Source: Basidiobolus meristosporus CBS 931.73
Lineage: Eukaryota > Fungi > Basidiobolomycota
Length of the DNA: 64,000 nucleotides
NCBI GenBank assembly: GCA_002104905.1
Contig: MCFE01000453.1
Span: forward strand, 8,813 to 72,812
Reading direction: 5' to 3'
In this document: positions 1 through 12,600 of the stretch, one piece after another
How positions within the stretch are numbered: position 1 is the stretch's first letter
How the letters are laid out: every line of letters begins with the position of its first letter
The notes under the pieces: generated by a model
Seen by the model: the letters and a program-made list of their open reading frames with translations, nothing else
Told to the model about the DNA's origin: nothing
The model's database searches: none
Program-made: the position numbers and the translations under genes

Positions 1-1
1 G

Positions 2-3000
2 GAGCTGAAGAACACCATCAACACAATGGTTGATCAGCTCCAGACCTTCGCCTCAGAAGTGACCCGTGTAGCTCGAGAAGTCGGCACAGAAGGCAAGCTT
101 GGTGGACAAGCGATAGTCAAGGATGTTGGTGGAACCTGGAAGGACTTGACAGACAACGTGAATCTGATGGCTTCCAACCTGACAGGACAGGTGCGAGACA
201 TTGCCAATGTCAGTAAAGCAGTTGCGCGTGGTGACCTTTCGAAGAAGGTTACTGTGAACGTCAAAGGAGAGATCTTGGAGCTGAAGAATACCATCAACAC
301 TATGGTTGATCAGCTCCAGACCTTTGCATCAGAAGTCACAAGGGTTGCCAAAGAAGTCGGCACAGAAGGCAAGCTTGGTGGACAAGCAATAGTCAAGGAT
401 GTCGGTGGAACCTGGAAAGACTTGACAGACAACGTGAATCTGATGGCTTCCAACCTGACAGGACAGGTGCGAGACATTGCCAATGTCAGTAAAGCAGTTG
501 CTCGTGGTGACCTTTCGAAGAAGGTTACTGTGAACGTCAAAGGAGAGATCTTGGAGCTGAAGAACACCATCAACACAATGGTTGATCAGCTCCAGACCTT
601 CGCCTCAGAAGTGACCCGTGTAGCTCGAGAAGTCGGCACAGAAGGCAAACTTGGCGGACAAGCAATAGTCAAGGATGTCGGTGGAACCTGGAAGGACTTG
701 ACAGACAACGTGAATCTGATGGCTTCCAACCTGACAGGACAGGTGCGAGACATTGCCAATGTCAGTAAAGCAGTTGCGCGTGGTGACCTTTCGAAGAAGG
801 TTACTGTGAACGTCAAAGGAGAGATCTTGGAGCTGAAGAATACCATCAACACAATGGTTGATCAGCTCCAAACCTTCGCCTCAGAAGTGACCCGTGTTGC
901 TCGGGAAGTAGGTACTCAAGGCAAGCTTGGTGGACAAGCAATAGTCAAAGACGTTGGTGGAACCTGGAAAGATTTGACGGAGAATGTGAACCTTATGGCT
1001 TTTAATCTTACTGGTCAGGTACGGGATATTGCCATTGTTAGTAAGGCCATCGCCTGCGGCGACCTTTCCAAAAAGGTTACGGTCGATGTCAAAGGAGAAA
1101 TCCTTGATCTCAAAGTTACCATCAATACTATGGTCGACCAGTTGCGTACTTTTGCTGCTGAAGTAACCAGAGTTGCTCGCGAAGTTGGCACAGAAGGAAA
1201 ACTAGGTGGACAGGCTATTGTGAAAGATGTTGATGGCACCTGGAAAGACCTTACTGACAATGTGAATCTGATGGCATCGAATCTTACCGCTCAAGTTCGT
1301 GATATTGCCATTGTTAGCAAAGCAATTGCGCGCGGTGATCTTTCCAAAAAAGTTACTGTTGATGTCAAAGGTGAAATCCTCGACTTGAAGAATACCATCA
1401 ACACCATGGTTGATCAACTTCAGACCTTTGCTACAGAAGTTACTCGAGTGTCACTGGAAGTTGGCACCGAAGGCAAACTCGGAGGGCAGGCTATTGTGAA
1501 GGACGTAGCAGGCACTTGGAAAGATTTAACAGATAATGTCAATATAATGGCCGCCAACCTTACTGGGCAAGTTCGATCAATTGCCGAGGTAACAACTGCA
1601 GTTGCATGTGGTGACCTATCGAAGAAAATTACCGTCGATGTCAAGGGTGAGATATACGAACTCAAGACGACTGTTAATTCCATGGTTGATCAGCTACGAA
1701 CCTTTGCTGCGGAGGTCACACGCGTTGCTCGTGAGGTTGGCACGGAAGGTAAACTCGGAGGCCAGGCAATTGTGAAAGACGTTGGTGGCACATGGAAGGA
1801 GCTAACCGACAACGTCAACACAATGGCAGATAATCTTACAAATCAAGTTCGAGACATCGCTAACGTCAGCAAAGCCGTTGCTAGAGGAGATCTTTCGCGC
1901 AAGATCAAAGTTGACGTTAAAGGAGAGATGTTGGATCTGAAGAAGACCATCAACACTATGGTTGATCAACTCCAAACATTTGCTACTGAGGTTACCCGAG
2001 TCTCATTGGAAGTAGGCACAGAGGGCAAGCTTGGTGGGCAAGCAGTTGTAAAGGATGTCGGAGGTACCTGGAAAGATCTTACTGACAACGTGAACATAAT
2101 GGCAGCCAACTTGACAGGGCAAGTAAGATCGATTGCCGCCGTTACTACCGCAGTTGCCCGTGGAGATTTATCCAAAAAAGTAACGGTAGATGTAAAGGGT
2201 GAAATTCTTGAGCTGAAAGATACAGTGAATTCCATGGTAGACCAGCTCCGAATCTTCGCAGCAGAAGTCATCCGTGTGGCTCGTGATGTAGGCACTGAAG
2301 GAATTCTTGGCGGGCAAGCGGTTGTCAAAGATGTTGGAGGCACCTGGAAAGATCTCACGGACAATGTCAATCTCATGGCCTTTAACCTTACGAGTCAAGT
2401 GCGTGACATCGCACACGTGTGCAAGGCTGTTGCCTGTGGTGATCTATCCAAGAAGATTACGGTCGATGTCAATGGCGAAGTTCTTGATTTGAAGAATACA
2501 ATCAACACCATGGTTGATCAACTCAGCACTTTTGCTGCCGAGGTTACCCGAGTTGCCAAAGAAGTTGGTACAGAAGGAAAACTTGGCGTGCAAGCTCAGG
2601 TAAAGGATGTTGAAGGAATCTGGCAGGAGATTACGAGCAACGTCAACACCATGGCTGCCAATTTGACTACTCAAGTGCGTGCATTTGCCCAAATTTCTGC
2701 TGCCGCTACAGATGGAGATTTTACCCGGTATATTACTGTTGAGGCTTCAGGTGAGATGGATTCACTCAAAACCAAAATCAACCAAATGATATATAATCTA
2801 CGCGAAAACATCCAACGCAATGTTGCTGCCAGAGAAACGGCAGAGCTGGCCAATAGAGCCAAAAGTGAGTTCTTGGCCAATATGTCGCACGAAATCCGGA
2901 CACCAATGAACGGAATCATCGGCATGACTTCGCTGACACTGGAGACGGATCTGACAAGGCAACAGCGGGAGAATCTAATGATTGTTAGTCAATTGACCAA

Positions 3001-4465
3001 TTCGCTGCTGACCATCATTGACGACATTCTGGATATCTCCAAGATCGAGGCCGGTAAAATTATAATAGAGGAGATCCCGTTCTCTTTGAGGACAGCCGTC
3101 TTTGGTGTGCTGAAAACTCTGGCAGTTAAAGCGACCCAACGAAAATTGGACTTGGTTTACGACGTGGACAACGACATACCTGATCAACTAATTGGCGACC
3201 CGCTTCGATTACGTCAAGTAATCACCAATCTGATCGGAAACGCTATCAAGTTCACCACAGAGGGCCAGGTAGCAATGCGGGCTTCGGTGAAAGAAATCAC
3301 GGAGACGAAGGTCATATTAACGTTTTGCGTGAGCGATACGGGGATCGGCATCCAAAACGACAAGTTTAATTTGATCTTTGACACTTTCTCGCAAGCTGAC
3401 GGGTCTACCACACGTAAGTACGGAGGCACTGGTCTTGGCCTATCCATCTCGAAGAAATTGGTGCATCTCATGGGCGGAGATTTATGGGTCAACAGTGTCT
3501 ATGGTGAAGGGAGCGATTTCTACTTCACTGCCGAATTTAGGTTAGGCACTATGCCCCAAGAGCAGATCGAATCACGTCTGGCTACCTTCCACAACCGCAA
3601 CATCTTGGTGCTAAGCACTCACGGCCATCCGGCGGGACAGAAGCTGCTGGACCTGCTGAAGCAACTTGGAATTCGCCCTGTACTCGCTCGATCAGTTGAA
3701 GAGGCAGTCATGCTATGTGGTAAAATGAAGCCCGGCGACAAGCCCGTGTTTGATACAATGATTGCCGACGAAATCATCGAGGTGGAAAAGGTTCGACAGC
3801 ATTCATGCCTTCGCTACGTTCCCATTGTACTACTTGCAATCACGATGCCGATGAAGCTCAAGATGAAGAACTGCATTGATATGCTGATCACCTCTTACAT
3901 GAACGTGCCGGTTTCTCTCCCTGACTTGACGAGTGCTCTGATGCCAGCCTTGGAATCCCACATCGCGATGACCACCGAAATCTGTGGGAAAAAACTCAAG
4001 ATTCTTCTGGCTGAAGACAATATCGTTAATCAGAAGCTAGCATTAAGAATCCTTGAGAAGCACGGGCATGAGGTGGTGATAGTTCCAAACGGACTGCTTG
4101 CTGTCGAAGCAATCAAGCATAACAAGTTTGACCTTATCCTCATGGATGTGCAAATGCCCATCATGGGTGGATTTGAAGCTACCGCGAAAATTCGTGAACT
4201 CGAAGCCTCCACTGGCTCCCACATCCCCATTATTGCATTGACTGCGCACGCAATGATTGGAGATCGCGAGAAATGCATTGCATCTGGCATGGATGAATAT
4301 GTTACAAAACCCCTTCGTTTCAATGAGTTGATCAACACAATCAACAAATTTCAGAATGTAAGTATCGAATGGTTTTAATAGGATAAACGTCGATTTGTGA
4401 CTTACCGAGCCTTACTTTGCTAGCAAACCGAGCGCCCCATTCCACTCTTCCCTGGTTATTATTAG
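2..4465 (+). CDS. NIK1: Group III hybrid histidine kinase (NIK1/OS-1 type): poly-HAMP, HisKA, HATPase, degenerate receiver, receiver; 5' end lies outside the window
   Basis: Ten 92-aa HAMP-type repeats, then H-box [20 protein letters not shown]-box [11 protein letters not shown]-boxes DTGIGI and [10 protein letters not shown], and receiver [17 protein letters not shown]...KP. The frame is open from base 2. A likely terminal intron (GTAAGT at 4358 to TAG at 4423) adds the exon [13 protein letters not shown] ending at 4465. Confidence 0.95.
26..2785 (+). repeat. Tandem 276-bp (92-aa) HAMP repeat array, at least 10 units
   Basis: MVDQL unit starts at 26, 302, 578, 854, 1130, 1406, 1682, 1958, 2234 and 2510; units 1-3 are nearly identical in DNA. 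Confidence 0.95.
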
Positions 4466-6500
4466 CACATGAGCCTTGACACATCCATCCTGGCAACATT
4501 GTAATCGTACATTAATTTCACCCATAGTCCTCATAAAAGTCGCATTGATATTCAAACTCTAATGTCCGGTCTGCCCGCAAGCCTATACCTATTCCCGGAA
4601 TTGATGCGTAGAAAGCGCGTTTGCAACGATAGATGTTAGAATAATAAATAATGATTAAATGAGTAGCAATCGCTTGGAGGAGCCATTTCGCCCATTTGGT
4701 ATATCGGGCGTTCATCAGCCCAGCTCGGGTGATCTAGTCCTGGGCTATCTATTTGTCTACACGCCGTCCACCAACCAGACAGCAGCACCATTTCAGCCTG
4801 TGTGACAGCTTCACTCCATTACTACCCTAAGTACAGCCGCCGCTAAATTGCCCGAAGCCATTGATTGGGCTCCAGATCAATATATATATTCCACACAAAG
4901 GCTCCCAGTGATCCTGATAGGCCGGATACACGCTCTGCCCACCGTCCAACCCATGACACCACGGCGACCAGATGAGGGGGCTATCAGGTTGTAACAAGAA
5001 CAATGCATAGCGGCAGGATGAATTTTCAGTGCAGGATATGAAGAGATAACAACAGTATCACAGTCGATCCCTCCGCTGCATCAGGCACAAATGTGGACAC
5101 ACCCACCAGCATACATATGATTTCAACAAGGGCTTGGGAATCCTGTGCCAGAGACTTCTGTGAGTTTCCCGGTGGGAGTCGCAGCTTGGTGGCTCATCGG
5201 ACACGCTCTTCAGCAACATTGCTATCTCGTAGAGATGGCTCATTTCGTCGCATTTCACACTGCGCGTATGGACCCTGAGCCCAGCAATACCGGCTTGTGA
5301 AGGAAGAGTGGGCCCTCTGGACCTAGTCAGCCAAGCGCATGTGTAGGTAAATACTAAGCTTCAGAGCTTGAAAACAAGCCTGTATGTGAGCCCGATGCAA
5401 CACCGTCCCTTTCAATAGGTCAATGCAAGACACGTGCATTCAACATTGTAGTCGCCTCCTGTTCCCTTGACGCAAAAACCGAAGTATTAACCCAATGGAG
5501 AAATCTACACCAAATCTATAGATCAGCGAATCAGCGCAGACATGTCCCAAAATGTACTGGGTATTCAAATGTGTCTAATACCTGACAAGTATCCAGTAGC
5601 AAAATTGATGAATTGAGTACATGTTTGTCAAGTGCTGTGCTACAAAATCTGACTCCAACCCGTATAGCTGGCCCAGCGGTGGAAACATGCCAACTCATTT
5701 GACTGTAAATCACTTGTGACGTTCCCCGTGAAAGCTAGTATACTGAGTGCCCCCAAAATCAGTTGACGTTGCTATTGTCAACCAATTTCAGGGGGCCTTC
5801 CAATACAAGTGCTTGGTAAATCGTCAACAAAGTTTGACACTTGTTGTGGCCAGTCAATAGGGCGCGTAGTCCGGATGTCTAGGGACTTCGCCACCGGTTG
5901 TGAAATCGTGGCGAGATCTGGCCTGCACAATGGCTGGCTATTCATCAATCCTAATCATACAGGCTTTCCCATTGTTCGCATGTACATTGTGATATCCGTG
6001 CATAGGTTGGGGCGGGATTCTTCAGCATTCGCTTGATCATCATCGTCAACCTGTTTCACCCGTGAATGCAACATTATTTCACAACTCCAAGAAGGATGGC
6101 ATTGATCTGTTCCACACAAAATCAGCAACCATTACCATATTTACTCATTAGATCCATCTGGTTTCTGAATCTGAGCACTCCTTACTCATGAAATCAATAG
6201 AGTAGTATAACAATACCAGCCAATAAGCAATGGTTGGCTAGAACGCACATTTCCTCAACGCTTATAAAGGGTGCTTGGCGTCCTCACTGATGTTCATTAC
6301 AAGTCTTTCCAACTGCTCTCTTGGCAAGTTCTCTAAAACAGAAGGTTTTGATCTGTTCATTTGAGCTAATATCAGGGACATACTTATCCGTGTGTCATAC
6401 CCGTTTACCATCGATAATCTACTTGCTATATTAATTCCGTACTCTTTCTTTGTGAGGCTTACACGCATCTTGAGGATACTCTACTTTGATTTAATCTAAT

Positions 6501-7266
6501 ATGAACGAAAAGGGACTCGAAAACCAACACACCATCTACGAAGCCAACGAAAAACGCCGCCGTCGCTGCTGCTGCTGTTGCAGAACTCGTCGCTCAAAGC
6601 AAATATGCTGCTTAATTGTACTGTTGGTTTTGATCGGTCTTGCGATAGCCCTTTACTTCTGTATCCCACGCGGAAACCCTGAAATCCAATTCAAAGGCGT
6701 AGAGACCGTGGGCAATCTTGACTTTACTAGCCTCGCTCTCAACGCTGGGACTGGTATGAATATTCCTTTGGTGTTGAAGCTTAGCGTTCAGAACCCCAAT
6801 CTGATCAGTATCAAGATGAATAACATCACAGCCACGGTAGACCTGTCATTAACTTGTGTTACCGAGGCACCTTACTAACCCTATGAATCACTAGGGATTT
6901 TACCAAATACCCGACGGCACAAGTGTTCAAGTTGGCAAAGGGGCACTAAATCATACCATCACATTCCCCGCCAAAGGGGGCCTGGACTTTGCACTGCCCT
7001 TCACACTAACATACAATCCCAAGACTGACAAGAGTTCTGCGGCAGCACTCAGTGGACTCTTGGCTCACTGTGGTATCACTGCCTCTACAAAGACACAGAT
7101 CCCATTGACCTATAAAGCTGTGTTGGATATCGCGCTGATTTCCTGGTTGGGCATTAAGCCTGAGATCCAGAATAACGTCAAATTCGACTGCCCAGTTGAT
7201 GTGCCGGCTGGCGTTGGTGAAGCCCTTGGCCCCCTTCTAGGGCCCCTCATTGGGAATGGAGCCTAA
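6501..7266 (+). CDS. Single-pass membrane protein with LEA-2-like domain; 2 exons (6501-6836, 6895-7266)
   Basis: Basic Cys-rich stretch, one hydrophobic TM (ICCLIVLLVLIGLAIALYFCIP), and the LKLSVQNPNLISI motif typical of LEA_2-type proteins. A 58-nt GT..AG intron with a TACTAAC branch point joins the frames (TAT|GFYQIPDG). Confidence 0.7.
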
Positions 7267-7995
7267 ATAGTACGGGTTATTATTCTTGCGTGCATCACCA
7301 CTATAGGGAAGTCGAACGTGTCACTTATTTAACATCGTTTTGAAAGCTTTTAATGAATATAATTGTTCGAACTCTCATTCGTATCAATATATAATAAACG
7401 CGCACATGCATTGCATCAGGTGTACCTTAACCCAAGTGAGTCTCACACTGGCCTTCGGCATTCTCCCAGCAGAACTACCCCTCATGCATGGAATCGTTCG
7501 GTGGTTTGGAGCGCGAATCCCTCAGATATCGGCATATTCTGTATCTGGGATGGGGTTTAGAAAATTAGGGAATATGGTACAAGAGCAGACACAGATTCAA
7601 GACTTAGAGTAGCTTAGTACAACACTGATTAGCATCCGCAAATCTTTGATTCATGGTTTGGCCGCCAACAGGATTGCCTATTCCATATTCAAGCACCAGA
7701 AAATAGGAATCAGCAATTAAGCGTTTCAGTTAATTTCTGGATCTCGTTACTTCGCATTTTCCCCGATTGCTAATAATAGCTTACCTACTTGCGGCAGGCC
7801 TATGAGCCTGACAATACATATCCAATCATGGGCAACCTCATGGGTCAACTGCCATTATACTTTTTGGAATCAACAAAGAGTAAACACTCCCAGCTGGCCA
7901 TCTCGGGACCCCGCTTTTTTTCCTGGTAAACATATAATCAACAGTACCTCTCAGGTTCCCATAGTTTCTTCTCGCTAGTACTTGCTATTCTTGAC

Positions 7996-9974
7996 ATGCG
8001 TTTGTTGAGTTGGAACGTGAATGGGATTCGTACATTAACTCAATATTACCCCTGGTGTGAATGTAAAACCTTGAAAGTAAGTTGCTATCGTCGTCCATGT
8101 CCCTTCCCACCTAGCAATGCCCCCCCCCTCTTACTATCTTGTTAGCTTGACCTTTTTCTTATTCATTTAACCATCAACCTAGGAGGTGTTATCGAGGCTG
8201 AATGCCGAGGTGATCTGCTTTCAAGAAACTAAACTTTCTGCTAACCGATTCACCTCCGATATCGCGCTCGTTGACGGCTTTGATGGGTATTTCTCCCTAT
8301 CCAAGAATGCCTCAGGATACTCGGGAGTTGCAACTTACGTTGACAGTTTAAACGTCTTCCCTACAAACGCCTCAGAAGGTATCACCGGTATATTGCATAG
8401 GAAAGGGGTGGGGGAGCCTTTATTAAAAGAATTGCTGTTGACTACCGAGCAATTCGAAGATCGAAAGGAACTTCTTGACTTGGATTCCGAGGGCAGATCT
8501 GTTGTTATAGATTTGGGTCTGTTCGTACTATTTAATCTTTATTGCCCGAACGAACGTGGGCCTGAGCGTCTGCCATACAAAATGCGGTATTACCACGCTT
8601 TGGAAAAACAGGTGGACCATTTACTAAACAGTGGGAGGAACGTCGTTATAGTAGGTGACATGAACATCTCCCACAAGGAGATAGATCACTGTGATCCTTT
8701 GACTGCTACTAGGGACTATGGTTTGGAGAACTTTGGTGATCATCCCTCCCGGCAATGGTTTGACCAATTCCTATCTCCCCGAGGTAAAATGGTGGACTTA
8801 TTTCGGCATTTCCATCCGGGTGAGGAGAAGAAGTACACCTGTTGGAACACCAAGATCAATGCCAGGTAGGCTATTGCCTCGACTCTATTACTTACAGACC
8901 AACACTATAACTGTTGAATCCAATTCCCACCTTAAACTTACCCTTAGACCAGCAAACTTCGGTAACACTTCAAAGTATGAGTAACATCATCGCTTTCCTC
9001 GAATTCATTTCTCTTGCGTTCGTAGGAACTCGAATTGATTATATCCTGGTAAATGAGGGACTACTCAAATGGTTTAAAAGCTGTGATATTCTCCCAGAGC
9101 TCATGGGGTCAGATCATTGTCCGGTAGTGGCGGAATTGTTTACCGAGATTGTGGACGAATGCGGCAATACTCTGTTGCTTCAAAACTTCTTCAAGCATTC
9201 CCAAACCAACGAGTCAACCACCAAATATAAAGCGCCTTCACTGTGTGCAAAATATCATTCGGCATTCTCTGGACAACGTAAACTAACTGCATCATTTTTT
9301 AAGCCCGCTAATAAATCAAAAGTCTCATCGACCTTTGACAGACCCTCCATCAATCCACCAATCACTACTCAAAAAACGACCGAAGAAACGTACAATGTGA
9401 ATGCAACTTCAAAATTGGATAAATTGAACTCACCATGCAAGAAAGACGCACCGAAGCAATCCACCTTACAGGCGTTCTTTCAAGCACCCAAGAGGACAGA
9501 ATCAAGAGCTACTGCTACTTCAGTAAAATCGGAGCTCAAATGCAAAGGTGATCTTTCCGACAGAGAACCGCCGCTCTTAGCAGAGTACATGGACATAGTC
9601 AATTCTGCGGTTGCTACCACAAGCCTCAATGCAGATACCACAAAGCAACAGTGGAACCAACTGTTTTCTTCACCAGACATACCAGTTTGTAAGCATGGTG
9701 AGCCCACCAATGAATTTACTGTGAATAAGAAGGGGCCTAATCAGGGACGACGATTTTTTGTTTGTGCACGGTACAGTCTCCCATCATTTGCGAGGTTACC
9801 CAGAGCTCTTGCTAACCCCACGCATCTTCGATCAGCCCTGTAGGACCAAACAATGCTAAAGACCCGAAATTTAGGTGCGATTTTTTTCAGTGGAAAAACG
9901 GGAAAAAGCGGAGCTCCTCTTTAGAATCTCCGAGCTTGTCGGGAGATTCGTCTTCGAAAAGAAACAAATCTTAG
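7996..9974 (+). CDS. APN2: AP endonuclease 2 (ExoIII family with C-terminal GRF zinc finger); exons 7996-8076, 8183-8865, 8948-8961, 9026-9770, 9836-9974
   Basis: MRLLSWNVNGIR, ICFQETK, YSGVATY, FNLYCPN, VGDMNISH, YTCWNTKINARPANFGTRIDYIL, GSDHCPV, and GRF-ZF CKHGEP...GRRFFVCARPVGP...RCDFFQW. All introns are GT-AG and preserve the frame. Confidence 0.93.
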
Positions 9975-10793
9975 CCGATGTAGAAAGCGGATTGTCAGAT
10001 ACTCAGTCAGCGTATCCAGTGATAGCCCAACATGTGGCTCGAAGGCAATAAAGCATCAGCTCCAGTGGGAGAGATTTCTAGCATCCTTCCGTTCAGCCCG
10101 AGAGTACCCAGAGAATGAAGCGTGTTATGGGCCCGGGAAATCGCCGAGCGGAGGGTTTCGATTTGGCATATTGCGGACCCAAATCGAGTTGTCCGTTGGT
10201 AGCTAGATACTGTCGACACTTGGCCTCTTATAGGCTCACGCATACTCCAATTACTAACCGTAAACGAGATGATTCTGGTTTGGAAACAAATCTATTCCAT
10301 ACGTTCCAACTCGCTCATGTAAATCCATCGGCGCCCATCAACACCATGGCCCTAAACATTGAACGTCCAGAATGCCACGTACGATACAGTTGGCAGATCT
10401 ACCCTTCGTCTCTAGGGCATTGACCATCTTGGCCTTTGTTCTAGTAGACTTGCTAATCGTATCAAACCTAATCCCAAAAAATAGCGTTATCTCAGAAGGA
10501 AATGGTCAATTTTATGTGACATGTACTGGATATAGGAACTGCTTAGTGGCTGCCATGAGCAGAGCGTCATTTATTCTATAATTAGTGAACCCAAATACTT
10601 GGGGATTGTTCGATCGTTATCAGATGTTCTCCAATGATGGAGAACGTGAATATTCAACAGCATTTACAATTCTTCACAACGAGAAGGGGCGGGTTTGGCA
10701 CATCGCGGTTTCTAAATATTCATCCTCGAAGTCATGAAAACGAGTAGACCAGGATAGACTGCATATGCCTGTTGTGTAATGCTCTAGCCGCAA

Positions 10794-11618
10794 CTAGAGC
10801 TTGGAGCTACCTTCATTCCAAGGTCCGACGTTGCTGAACTGGCAACCACCTTCACATTTGCACTCTCCGTGCAAGAAGGACGGGATATTTTCCGGGTCGA
10901 TATATTCGACAAGCTTGGATTTATACGAGGAGCCAACAATGAAAATCTTCTTCACGGTGGCCTCGTCCAAGAACGGTACAATAAGCTTCCATATGGAGGA
11001 GAATAGAAGTGGAGCGTTGATGATAAACATTCGGCCAAGAAGCTCTGGGTAATAATTCTGAGCAATGACGGAAATACGCTTGATTATACCGGCTACTTGA
11101 GGGAAGTGAACCAACGACGCACCCTTTAGGTCGATGATGGTACAACTGGTTTCCACGTGGTGCCCAGCTTTGGCGCTACAGGCAGGGAAAATCTTGTTTA
11201 TCAAGGTCTCGTAGCTGATAATGTGATCTTTGGTGAGACGCTCCTCGTTGGTTACGGCAAGGAGCTTCTTTGACTCCAGCTTACCGAGTTGCTCGATATA
11301 AATTGGGCGGCCCTCCTTGTCAGTCTTGTGGTAAAACCGGGGGTAAATCTTTTGAACCTCGGCGGCCTCGGTGAATTTGAAATTCTTGACCACATCGTCG
11401 ACCTGGAACTCTTGACGCCATTTCTCGTACGTCACAAACATGCTCTTGGTAGCGGGGAGATTGAATTTCCTGGCTCTCAAGAAACGAAGCAGGCAATAGT
11501 CGTCATGGCGCTCGGGAACGTAATATCCCTCGGTTACGAGAAATTCTCTCAATTCCGACAACTTGGACTCCTGGTCTGGTGTCAAATTACCTACTCTACC
11601 CGTAGTCAAAGTGGACAT
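10794..11618 (-). CDS. SEC14: Sec14-family phosphatidylinositol/phosphatidylcholine transfer protein (CRAL-TRIO)
   Basis: DDYCLLRFLRARKF, YPRFYHKTDKEGRPIYIEQLG, QNYYPELLGRMFIINAP, ENIPSFLHGECKC...SNVGPW. Confidence 0.92.
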   Translation of the reverse strand: MSTLTTGRVGNLTPDQESKLSELREFLVTEGYYVPERHDDYCLLRFLRARKFNLPATKSMFVTYEKWRQEFQVDDVVKNFKFTEAAEVQKIYPRFYHKTDKEGRPIYIEQLGKLESKKLLAVTNEERLTKDHIISYETLINKIFPACSAKAGHHVETSCTIIDLKGASLVHFPQVAGIIKRISVIAQNYYPELLGRMFIINAPLLFSSIWKLIVPFLDEATVKKIFIVGSSYKSKLVEYIDPENIPSFLHGECKCEGGCQFSNVGPWNEGSSKL

Positions 11619-12214
11619 TCTATCTTATTGAAGTTGTGGCAAGACAACCAGAAGCACAAAGATATAGTGATCATACGATACGAAGGATAAAATAATTACC
11701 AATATGGAATCCGATCATATGCTTTCTACTACTTTGCCTATACAAATAATTTACATGGTCGACATTTTCCGAGGCTCACATTTATCCGGTCACTTCTATT
11801 TATGTTACTTTAAAAGCACCTTTCCAACATATCAATCTACTTGCTGACTTGATACCAGATGGCGAACCACGTGCCAGCTGGATGATGTCATGCGAACAGG
11901 AGTGGTTTAGCATGTTCATTGAGAAACGTTTCCATCGGAATCGCTCACTGACGACACGATGAGCCGATATTATCAGCAAATCTAGAGGTCGGATCATTTG
12001 CCAGGGAAATTGAAGAAATTGGCCGCACTCATCACAGATAAACCATACTAAACATGGATTGTTTTGATTATCATTGAATGAGTAGTACCACTTTCCCAGC
12101 AAAATGAGGAATATTTCGTTCGAAGGGTGATATCGAATTTACTAGAAATATCCGACGCATTCCTTGATTACCTCGACTGCGTCCTAATCCCCCGAATTCC
12201 ATTAGTTTCTCTGG

Positions 12215-12239
12215 GGAAGTTTGTAGAAACGTTTCGAAC
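12215..12239 (+). promoter_or_regulatory. Putative step-type heat-shock element upstream of AHA1
   Basis: gGAAgtTTGtaGAAacGTTtcGAAc: three GAA units at exact 10-bp spacing (12216, 12226, 12236), about 360 bp upstream of an Hsp90 co-chaperone gene. Confidence 0.4.
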
Positions 12240-12600
12240 AAAAATCATTCGAAGACCAAGATTCTCGTTGGCAAATGGGTGCCAGCAGGGTTGAGCATTT
12301 GGGTCATCCATGCTGGCCTCTCGAATCGGAGTGACGAACTAGCCAATTGATCGATCTTATTGGTGAGCAGAGGATTCGCCATGTTATCTTTGACTAGCAA
12401 ATACTGGAATTTCATACACAAATTCAAATTCACCGAGTACGTCTTATTCCCTCATCAATTTCATATTAAATCCGTTCTCTGAGGGGTTAGCAACTTCGCA
12501 TTCTTTTGATTGTGCGGATTTTCTTCTGTCGCCTGTCTCTTCTCATACCCAAAAGTTTTCCCTCTCCCGGTCGTTGTTCGTTCGTATAACCAACTGCAAG

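Noticed and set aside
34-852. Three repeated 88-aa antisense ORFs
   Set aside because: They are shadows of the HAMP repeat coding strand, with the same 276-bp period and no independent features.
6470-6477. GTATCCTC on the minus strand resembling a U12 intron donor
   Set aside because: One mismatch, no TCCTTAAC branch site and no supporting exon.
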